DNA of 62,819 nucleotides, the filler included. It is 6 parts of 6 records of this genome, joined end to end, with 100 filler letters (N's around TTAATTAATTAA, not from the genome) between each part and the next. Parts side by side here need not be neighbours in the genome. Positions count along the whole stretch, not along the records: positions 41,726 to 62,819 come from DRR378314_756; 5 more parts are not named here. One strand, given 5' to 3'. Position 1 is the stretch's first letter. Each line of letters starts with the position of its first letter. The notes below the pieces were generated by a model. It was not told where the DNA came from. It made no database searches and saw only the letters and a program-made list of their open reading frames with translations. A program made the translations under genes and the position numbers. This document shows positions 55,599 to 62,819 of this stretch, in pieces.

Positions 55599-56431
55599 TA
55601 GAGCTTGGCAGTATTAATAATCCTCGTGCGGCGCAAGGTTTTATCGACTATATAAAAAGCCAAGGGCTTAGCGGCGAATTGCGCTCAAGTGATGGCCAAA
55701 ATGTGATTATTTGTATTGCCCCCGAGCACTTTCATCAAGCTAAACCTTTATGGCAAGAGTTTGTTGAAAACCCTAACCATACCCGTTATCAAGATGCATC
55801 GTGGCAGGTTGGTAACACGCAATCGCCTCTTAGTTACCAAGGGCAGTCACTTAATTTAAAAGAACGCTTTAAAGCACTTAGCTGGCTCAACCAAACCGTC
55901 ACTTTATTATGTGTAGGTATTTATATCGCTTTCTTACTCGGTGGTTTTGAGTCAATTTATGGTGTATTACAATTTAACCCTAATCACCCCCTTACTTGGT
56001 TGACGCCTGCTATTGTGCACTTTAGTGCGATTCATTTAATTTTTAATATTATCTGGTGGATCTCACTGGGAGACGGTATTGAAAAGCTTGCTGGTAAAAG
56101 CACGTTAATAGGCTTGTTTTTAGTAACCGCTTTGTTTAGTAATTGGGCTGAGTTTCTAATGGTAGGCCCTAACTTTGGTGGTTTAAGTGGCGTGGTTTAT
56201 GGTTTATTAGGGTATAGCTGGATATACAGTGCCCTTAACCCGCAACAACCTGCACTTGTATGTAATGCGATTATTGGCTTTATGCTTATTTGGCTTATTT
56301 TGGGCTTTGCTGAGATGTTGCCTGTAGGCATGGCTAACTGGGCACATTTAGGTGGATTACTCAGTGGCATGGCTTATGCACTTACCGCACAATTTTTTAA
56401 AACTAAAAAAACTAATGGTAAAGGTATTTAG
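55595..56431 (+). CDS. glpG: Rhomboid protease
   Basis: NPR.AQ.F.DY N-terminal domain, HFS..H..FN..WW, FGGLSGVVY, AN.AH..GL. Confidence 0.95.
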   Translation: MIELGSINNPRAAQGFIDYIKSQGLSGELRSSDGQNVIICIAPEHFHQAKPLWQEFVENPNHTRYQDASWQVGNTQSPLSYQGQSLNLKERFKALSWLNQTVTLLCVGIYIAFLLGGFESIYGVLQFNPNHPLTWLTPAIVHFSAIHLIFNIIWWISLGDGIEKLAGKSTLIGLFLVTALFSNWAEFLMVGPNFGGLSGVVYGLLGYSWIYSALNPQQPALVCNAIIGFMLIWLILGFAEMLPVGMANWAHLGGLLSGMAYALTAQFFKTKKTNGKGI

Positions 56432-56819
56432 TAAATAGTACTTCACGAATAATCTCTTGCCCTGTTTCTTGTTTGAGCAGGGTTTTTAGTCTTTGCGCGC
56501 AACGCTTTCGAATTTCTTCACGGCCAGTTAGTGACTTGATATTTTCTTCAGGTTCTTTTGATAAAATTTCAATAATCGCATCACGAAGCAATGGTGTGTG
56601 GTGTTCTACAACAGCAATATTAGCCATATCACTTAGCATTAAATCTACTGTTAAACGAACGTAACCTAGCTTTTTATTATTCTGAGCAATGTAATTAGCA
56701 ATAATATCAGGCTCAAAACCAAAGTAACCGACGTTTGACTCTGCACGGCTAGTAAAGCTGGTTAATAAACCAAATAACATTGTTAAGAGTAAAATGCTTG
56801 CGTAGAGCGTTTTTTTCAT
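56412..56819 (-). CDS. fliL: FliL-like protein (stand-alone copy)
   Basis: Y....PDI..N......KLG..R..V.LM; H.PLLRD.I..IL; SL.GRE.IR; V.FTKYLY. Confidence 0.8.
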   Translation of the reverse strand: MKKTLYASILLLTMLFGLLTSFTSRAESNVGYFGFEPDIIANYIAQNNKKLGYVRLTVDLMLSDMANIAVVEHHTPLLRDAIIEILSKEPEENIKSLTGREEIRKRCAQRLKTLLKQETGQEIIREVLFTKYLYH

Positions 56820-56977
56820 ATTAAGTAAAGTAATCCATATTCCTGCCATGGTTAACAGTTTATACGTAATACCAATTAATATACAGGCTGAAGAGGCTAT
56901 TATATTCATTAATCATCACTTTTTCATAACAGCCGCCAGTGGTATCATTTACTCGGTTGTTATTAAGTAGAGATATC

Positions 56978-57523
56978 GTGATTACATTCCCCCTTTCATT
57001 GAACGCTAATTGGCAGCATGGTGCCACTGTTAAGCCGCTTACTCATCATGAGAAAGATTGGCTACTTGAGCCGAATTCACTAACGGCTAAATTAAAACAT
57101 CATGGCTGTAACTTTCATGTGCAAGTGCTCAGTGAAAAAGTATTTAAACTAAATGTTGAGCAACAATCGTTACTCGATGGTCAGTATAAAGAGGGCGTTA
57201 ACCGCGAAGTATTACTTTGGTGTAATAATCAGCCAATGGTTTATGCGCAAAGCTGGTTGCCTGTAACCAAAAGTATGCAACAGCAGCAATTACTTGAGCT
57301 GGGCGATAAACCGTTAGGTGATGTCATTTTCCAACACCCTGATTTAAAACGCACTGAAATTGAAGTCGCCTGTTTTGATGAGCATCACCCAGTGCAGCAA
57401 TTGATAGATCAACCTTCCGAGGGAAAGCGATCATTGTGGGGGCGCCGGAGTGTTTTCTCCCTAGCGCAAAACCGCTTTTTGGTTTGTGAAATATTTTTAC
57501 CTAAGGCCTTTATATACCAATGA
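56978..57523 (+). CDS. ubiC: Chorismate pyruvate-lyase
   Basis: WLL...SLTA.L, REV.L......VYA.S..P, LG..PLG...F, LWGRRS.F, LV.E.FLP. Confidence 0.93.
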   Translation: MITFPLSLNANWQHGATVKPLTHHEKDWLLEPNSLTAKLKHHGCNFHVQVLSEKVFKLNVEQQSLLDGQYKEGVNREVLLWCNNQPMVYAQSWLPVTKSMQQQQLLELGDKPLGDVIFQHPDLKRTEIEVACFDEHHPVQQLIDQPSEGKRSLWGRRSVFSLAQNRFLVCEIFLPKAFIYQ

Positions 57524-58398
57524 AACTTGCTTCATTAAAAGTTGCACACATACCCTATTACAAGCAACTAATGCGAACAGATAAACCAATAGGAACGTTA
57601 CTGCTTCTTTGGCCTACTTATTGGGCTCTTTGGCTTGCAAGTCAAGGCGTTCCTAGCTTAGTAAATTTTGTTGTTTTTACTTTAGGCGTGTTTGTGATGC
57701 GTAGTGCCGGGTGTGTGATCAATGATTTTGCTGATCGCAAAATAGATGGTTCAGTAAAGCGCACGGCTCAGCGACCACTCGCTGCTGGGCTGGTGAGTAG
57801 TGGGGAAGCATTAAGCTTATTCGCGTTGCTGATTAGCATTGCTTTTGGGCTTGTATTGTTACTAAGCTGGCAAACAATTTTGCTCTCGGTAGGAGCGCTC
57901 GTATTAGCGTTTAGTTATCCATTTATGAAGCGTTTTACCCATCTACCGCAAGTGGTTTTGGGGGCTGCGTTTAGTTGGGCGATACCCATGGCATATATGG
58001 CATGTAGCGGATATGTTCCAGTTGCAGCATGGCTACTGTTTTTGGCTAATATTATTTGGACAGTTGCTTACGATACAATGTATGCGATGGTTGATAGAGA
58101 TGATGATTTAAAAATAGGGGTTAAATCAACGGCGATTTTGTTTGGCTTTGCAGATAGAGCGGTGATCTTTTTACTTAATTGTTGTTTTGTAGGATTGCTT
58201 GCGATTGTAGGAGTTATCTACCAACTAAGTTTTTATTATTGGCTTAGTTTATGTGTAGCGTCTGGCTTTTTAATTTACCAGCAGTGGTTAATACATAGGC
58301 GTAAAAGAGAGCAGTGCTTTAAAGCATTTTTGAATAACCACTATGTAGGGCTAGTGATATTTATTGGTTTAGCAGCCTCCTTGCCACTCACTTTTTAA
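57520..58398 (+). CDS. ubiA: 4-hydroxybenzoate octaprenyltransferase
   Basis: [44 protein letters not shown]. Confidence 0.97.
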   Translation: MKLASLKVAHIPYYKQLMRTDKPIGTLLLLWPTYWALWLASQGVPSLVNFVVFTLGVFVMRSAGCVINDFADRKIDGSVKRTAQRPLAAGLVSSGEALSLFALLISIAFGLVLLLSWQTILLSVGALVLAFSYPFMKRFTHLPQVVLGAAFSWAIPMAYMACSGYVPVAAWLLFLANIIWTVAYDTMYAMVDRDDDLKIGVKSTAILFGFADRAVIFLLNCCFVGLLAIVGVIYQLSFYYWLSLCVASGFLIYQQWLIHRRKREQCFKAFLNNHYVGLVIFIGLAASLPLTF

Positions 58399-58409
58399 GT
58401 GAGTAAATG

Positions 58410-59030
58410 TTAACGAGGAGGATCAATAATTCCGCTGATAGACGTATTCATTCTAAACCAACCAGCGATAGAGTAACGATCATCGACAGCAGGAAGTACT
58501 TCATGCATAAAGCGATCGCTTTCAAACATCACGAGCGTGCCTGCTTGAGGTTTAATATTAACCTCGACTTGCTTGCTTTGAGGTTTGTAGATTACTAATT
58601 CGCCCCCACTAGGAGGAGTATTTAAATATAGTACCGTTGTAAAAATACGATTAGAACGACCCTTAAATGCATCATAGTGTTTTTTATAAAAATCCCCATT
58701 AAGGTACTTAGCATAATGGCATTCGTAGTCGAATAGGCCTAAAAAGAAACTGCGATTCAGTACTCCCCTCATTTCTTCCATAAGCGCTAAGTAATGAATC
58801 TGTGCCTCGCTGCTGGCATCAAACCAAAATGTTTTATCTTTACGGATAGTTTTATCAACGTGTAAATCACTTTTTCGACCAATACCCGCAATATTAAAGT
58901 CAGGGTTTACTCTATAGCAATCAAGCATGAGTTGAGCAATGAGGGTCTTAGAGACCGCATTGTGAATTATTGTAAAACCGTGCTTTTCGATATCATCTAA
59001 ATAGATTTCTGAAATGAAATAGGGGATCAT
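58410..59030 (-). CDS. 2OG-Fe(II) oxygenase, prolyl-hydroxylase (PHD/EglN-like) type
   Basis: IR.D...W, E.HYA.Y..G.FYK.HYD, T.VLYLN, GGEL, HEVLPA...R.SI.GWF. Confidence 0.88.
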   Translation of the reverse strand: MIPYFISEIYLDDIEKHGFTIIHNAVSKTLIAQLMLDCYRVNPDFNIAGIGRKSDLHVDKTIRKDKTFWFDASSEAQIHYLALMEEMRGVLNRSFFLGLFDYECHYAKYLNGDFYKKHYDAFKGRSNRIFTTVLYLNTPPSGGELVIYKPQSKQVEVNIKPQAGTLVMFESDRFMHEVLPAVDDRYSIAGWFRMNTSISGIIDPPR

Positions 59031-59109
59031 TTTACGTACTAAGTATGAAAGGTTAGCCAGTTTAGCCTATTAAGCCGTTTACGCGAACTTAAATCTACTA
59101 AAAAGAAGC

Positions 59110-59137
59110 AAAAAAAGCCTGAAGTAATCAGGCTTTT
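59110..59137 (-). terminator. Terminator downstream of the LysR gene
   Basis: AAAAGCCTGA / TCAGGCTTTT stem with a T tract on the minus strand. Confidence 0.8.
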
Positions 59138-59146
59138 GATTTATGT

Positions 59147-60064
59147 TTATTCACTAATAGACAGCGCTGTCTTTTTAATAAGTGAAAGCAGCTGATTTAC
59201 ATGGTCACCCTGAGGGACATGGTGGCTTGTTTTAACTATCAGTTGTTCTTGCGTTAAATCCTTATTTGTTTTCAATTGCACCAAACCGGTATGCTCTGCA
59301 ACTGTGTTAGCATGTTCAATACTGGCAATTGCAAAGTGATTTGATTTACATAAACCATCCATCACTTGCTCAATGCTGCCCACTTTAATTGACGGTGTTT
59401 TATTTAGCCCCTCAATAGCTTCGTTTAACATGGCTTGGATTTGCTTAGACTGTGAGAAACAGCCATACATTGGGTAGTCAATAAGATCTTGTTTACTAAT
59501 ATCACTTTTTTCAGCGAGTGGGTGAGTTTTAGCTACAAATAAAATAAGTTGATCAGGTAAATGAATATCAGTACCTATGCTATTAATTGCTTGTGAGCAT
59601 ACGCTAATATCAATTTCACCAAGCTGAAGTTTACGCATTAATTCACTTGGTTCTTGAAGTTGCATCTCGATTTTTACATGGGGGTATTGTGCTAAAAACT
59701 GACCACAAGAAACAGGGACGATCGCACTTGCTTTATTGGTATAGCCAATTACTAACTTTTCATCAGAGCAACCATTAACAGATTGGTATAGACGTTTTTT
59801 AGTTACTTCAAGTTCATTCAATGCCGCTTGTGCATAGCTTAAAAACAACTCACCTTCAGTAGTTAATTTTACCGAACGAGTAGAGCGTTTAACTAGCTCG
59901 TAACCCATTTCATCTTCTAATGTTTGGATGCTGCGTGTTAACGCTGATGTACTAATTTTTGTTGTTTCAGCTGCTTGGCGAAAGTGCCTAAGCTGACCTA
60001 GTGCTACAAATTGTTCTAGTTGTTCAAATCTCACTTTTATAGTCCTTTGTAATAAGTAAGCCAC
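59147..60064 (-). CDS. LysR family transcriptional regulator
   Basis: QL..FV.L....HF..AA....IS.SAL.R.I..LE.E.G..L..R.TRSV.LT.EG; start may be GTG 60034. Confidence 0.93.
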   Translation of the reverse strand: MAYLLQRTIKVRFEQLEQFVALGQLRHFRQAAETTKISTSALTRSIQTLEDEMGYELVKRSTRSVKLTTEGELFLSYAQAALNELEVTKKRLYQSVNGCSDEKLVIGYTNKASAIVPVSCGQFLAQYPHVKIEMQLQEPSELMRKLQLGEIDISVCSQAINSIGTDIHLPDQLILFVAKTHPLAEKSDISKQDLIDYPMYGCFSQSKQIQAMLNEAIEGLNKTPSIKVGSIEQVMDGLCKSNHFAIASIEHANTVAEHTGLVQLKTNKDLTQEQLIVKTSHHVPQGDHVNQLLSLIKKTALSISE

Positions 60065-60154
60065 ACGGAGGCGAACATAGTTGAAATAAACCTAATAGAT
60101 ACTAATGCATTGTACCTAATTTGAAAAGGCCATTTTACACAAATGTTACAACCA

Positions 60155-61678
60155 TTAGTCTGGGTATTGTTTATTTATCTGTAGAAAAAGTGCTAAATTT
60201 TCGATGAATAAATCGACTAACTTGGGGTCGAACTGCTTGCCTCTTTGTTCTTTAATAAGCGCTATAACGTCATCCATTAACCATGCTTTTTTATAGCATC
60301 GCTCGCTGCCAAGCGCATCAAAGACATCAGCAAGCGCTGTAATGCGCCCCGTAATATGTATTTCTTCTCCTTTTAATTGATTGGGGTAGCCAGTGCCATC
60401 CCATTTTTCATGATGAAGATAGGCAATAAGTGAACCGCATTTTAAAATTTCATTATTGGACTTGTTAAGAATGTCGTATCCAATTTGAGCATGAGTCTGC
60501 ATGATTTTCCATTCTTCAGCATCCAGTTTTCCGGGTTTATTTAAAATGCTATCAGGAATGCTGATTTTGCCAATATCATGAAGTGGTGAGGCCAGTTTGA
60601 TTATTTCACATTCAAATTCATTTAATCCGTATAGCTTGCCTAAAAGTTCACTGTATAAGGCAACCCTTTTAACGTGAGAACCGGTTTCTTTAGAGCGTTT
60701 TTCAACGGCTTCACCTAAAATATAGGATAACTCTTTTTGTGAATCTTTTACCATTTCACGCATTTTTAAATTATCGTAGGCAAGGGCGATATTGTTGGCA
60801 AAATATTCTAAAAGTTGGTGCTCCGTGCCTCCTAGTTGAGAACCCTTATGAATGTAAAGCATAGCTTCAAGGCCTGCTTGGGTAGAAAAATAGCCTACAT
60901 AGTCATGATTTGTTTTATAAGAAGATTTACGATTATGCGCATCAATAAATAGCGCTTTTACATTCTCAGGAATATCACTATTCATTGGTAGGGACTTTAC
61001 GCCCGAGGCAGCAAGCAACTCAAAGTCAGTTGCTGGAGATGTTTGTTGGTTTACTGCCGCGGCACAATAAATTTCGGTTCCATCTAAACCTAATACATTT
61101 TTTACATGAGTTAAAATCGTTGATGCAAATTCATTAACACTGCCACACATTAAAAATGAACTTGAAGCCGTAATTATTCTTTCTAACCCTTTTTTATGAC
61201 GCTCAATAATTTGAATATCTCTGTGGGCTCGAAGTGCAGAATAAAGCAGCGTCTTCATTTTTATAGCGGTCAGCTCAGTTTTGTTTTTGTAGTCATTAAT
61301 ATCGTAATCACGAATGACTGCTTCTTCAGGCGCTTCACCAGGCTGTCCGGTCCTAAGGATTAAGCGTATATCGTGATTATTAATATCTTCGCGGATAAAC
61401 TTTATGAGCTCTAGCCCAGCGTGACTAGTCTCCATCACAACATCAATTAAACCCACAGAAAAGTCAGGGTGTTGTTGTAATAATTGCTTGGCCTCTTGGG
61501 CAGAATATGCATGATGAAACCTGAGTGCTTTATTCTCAAACTTAAAGCCGGATAATACCAATTTGGTCACTTGATGAATGTCATCTTCATCATCGACAAC
61601 TAATACATCCCAAAAATCGGGCTCGCTATTAAGTGTGGCCTCTTGAATTACCTCATTTGAAAATAAAAAGTCACTCAA
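60155..61678 (-). CDS. Response regulator with REC, DUF3369 and HD-GYP phosphodiesterase domains
   Basis: VVDDE, IDVVME, LRTGQPG.APE, ETG.HVKRV, HDIGK, HHEKWDGTGYP, ADVFDAL. Confidence 0.93.
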   Translation of the reverse strand: MSDFLFSNEVIQEATLNSEPDFWDVLVVDDEDDIHQVTKLVLSGFKFENKALRFHHAYSAQEAKQLLQQHPDFSVGLIDVVMETSHAGLELIKFIREDINNHDIRLILRTGQPGEAPEEAVIRDYDINDYKNKTELTAIKMKTLLYSALRAHRDIQIIERHKKGLERIITASSSFLMCGSVNEFASTILTHVKNVLGLDGTEIYCAAAVNQQTSPATDFELLAASGVKSLPMNSDIPENVKALFIDAHNRKSSYKTNHDYVGYFSTQAGLEAMLYIHKGSQLGGTEHQLLEYFANNIALAYDNLKMREMVKDSQKELSYILGEAVEKRSKETGSHVKRVALYSELLGKLYGLNEFECEIIKLASPLHDIGKISIPDSILNKPGKLDAEEWKIMQTHAQIGYDILNKSNNEILKCGSLIAYLHHEKWDGTGYPNQLKGEEIHITGRITALADVFDALGSERCYKKAWLMDDVIALIKEQRGKQFDPKLVDLFIENLALFLQINKQYPD

Positions 61679-61729
61679 ATGAATACCCTTAAGTTTAATT
61701 ATTCACATATAGAGTATAGTGTCTGTTTT

Positions 61730-62137
61730 TTAGTCTGCCTGTTTGCTGTGTGGTTTTTTTTCAATATTCTTCAACTCGATCTCTATAGCATCACAGGAAA
61801 TATGAATTTCATATAAAGAGGTTAAAAGTGACAAAGCTAAGCATCCTAGGCTAATACCAAAGAGGACTACGCCAACGGTTTTAAACTCAATAAATAATGC
61901 AAACATCGAAATAGTACACATTAAAAATGAGGCTACACCATAAACTTGCATGGTTCTTATAAGTTTAATACGCTTTCTGAGGTTCGCTATTTGCTCTACG
62001 ACAATTGGGCGAATCGTTTTCCCTTCACGGGCATTTAGCTCTCTAATTAATTGCGCTAATACTAAAAAACGATTTGTATAGGCTAACAGCAACAAGGATA
62101 TTGCAGGAAAGAGTAAGCCAGGGGTTGTGAGGGTCAT
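61730..62137 (-). CDS. DUF2721 family membrane protein
   Basis: TTP.LLFPAISLLLLAYTNRFL.LA.LIR.L; QI.NLR.RI.LI..MQ..G. Confidence 0.88.
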   Translation of the reverse strand: MTLTTPGLLFPAISLLLLAYTNRFLVLAQLIRELNAREGKTIRPIVVEQIANLRKRIKLIRTMQVYGVASFLMCTISMFALFIEFKTVGVVLFGISLGCLALSLLTSLYEIHISCDAIEIELKNIEKKPHSKQAD

Positions 62138-62235
62138 AACTAGGTCCAGTATAGCTGTAGGTTTAAACACCCAGCCTAGCAATCAAGTAAATGAAAGTAA
62201 AAGAGTTCGCTTATAAAATAACAGGAAAGTAATAA

Positions 62236-62562
62236 ATGAATAATCCATTTCAATGGCTCACCATTTATAGTGCCGCGGATGCTGTAGAGGCGAATATTGT
62301 TAAAGGCTTACTTTTAGCCAATGACGTTAATTGTCAATTGTTAGGCGAGTCTTTACAAAGTGCGGTGGGTGAAATACCCATTGCACAAACTGAAGTTCGT
62401 GTTCAGGTTTATGCGATTAAAGAGCGCCAGGCGCGAGAAATATTGATAAACTATACACAAGAACAACAATCCGCTCCTGATTGGGTTTGCCCTAATTGTA
62501 ATGAGCATAATGGGTCAACATTTGAAATGTGTTGGTCCTGTAGGACATCAAAGAATGACTAA
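62236..62562 (+). CDS. DUF2007 family protein with C-terminal zinc finger
   Basis: EA.I.KGLL....V......E.L....GE.P; W.CP.C.E.N...FE.CW.C. Confidence 0.88.
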   Translation: MNNPFQWLTIYSAADAVEANIVKGLLLANDVNCQLLGESLQSAVGEIPIAQTEVRVQVYAIKERQAREILINYTQEQQSAPDWVCPNCNEHNGSTFEMCWSCRTSKND

Positions 62563-62819
62563 AGCGAATAATTTTCAGCGAATTCGAGAGCTTAACTATT
62601 TACAGCAAGCGGTGTTAGCCGCAGCACTTATTGAGCGAATGCTACCAAATTACGGTTTATTTAGTGAAGCGACAGGGTTTGGTGATGAAACAACGCTGCG
62701 CAGTGCACTTAATGTATGCTGGGAAAAAATTCTTTTACCTAAAAGTAAAATTGATTTAGAAAAACAAATTGAAAAAATTGAACCTAATGTACCCGAGTTA
62801 GCAGACTTTGACATGTTTG
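62555..62819 (+). CDS. YjaG (DUF416) family protein, 3'-truncated
   Basis: Own translation MTKANNFQRIREL...ERMLPNY.LF.E.T.F......R..L...WE......KID.E.Q.EK.E...P...DFDMF, open to the window end. Confidence 0.85.
   Translation, partial: MTKANNFQRIRELNYLQQAVLAAALIERMLPNYGLFSEATGFGDETTLRSALNVCWEKILLPKSKIDLEKQIEKIEPNVPELADFDMF

Noticed and set aside
56412-56819. fliL outside a flagellar cluster
   Set aside because: To my knowledge a stand-alone FliL-like gene beside ubiC and glpG is a common arrangement in marine gammaproteobacteria.

Overview
This window is not one locus. It is six unrelated contigs joined by artificial 100-nt spacers (N44-TTAATTAATTAA-N44), so it looks like a concatenated metagenome or non-axenic culture assembly. 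Contigs 1 (1-5669), 2 (5770-11317) and 4 (22939-29066) are eukaryotic and look like a GC-rich protist with GT-AG introns. They encode a membrane-anchored PNGase F-family protein, a kinesin-14 motor fused behind at least 11 filamin-type Ig repeats, a BCD1/ZNHIT6 snoRNP assembly factor and a PI4-kinase beta with an inserted PDZ domain. The last two genes converge and share the palindrome TCATGA. Contigs 3 (11418-22838) and 5 (29167-41625) are Rhodobacteraceae/Roseobacter-like. Contig 3 has atpD-atpC, an accessory block (copA, MFS/TetR, HPP-CBS, HxlR-DUF1428-VOC-GFA, a GNAT pseudogene) and prs. Contig 5 has ligA-recG, a LexA-box-preceded 40-aa membrane peptide with a structured 3' RNA, hisI, gluQ, trmFO, a DUF1127/MocR pair and rplM. 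Contig 6 (41726-62819) is an AT-rich gammaproteobacterium (Pseudoalteromonas-like) with ydbH-ynbE-ydbL, LPS inner-core genes, kbl-tdh, glpEG and ubiCA. The best candidates for novelty are the filamin-kinesin-14 fusion, the putative SOS small protein with its RNA, the PDZ-PI4K and the eukaryotic PNGase F-like membrane protein. No CRISPR array, tRNA, rRNA or transposase was recognised. All family and taxonomic calls come from motif recognition by eye, not database searches.
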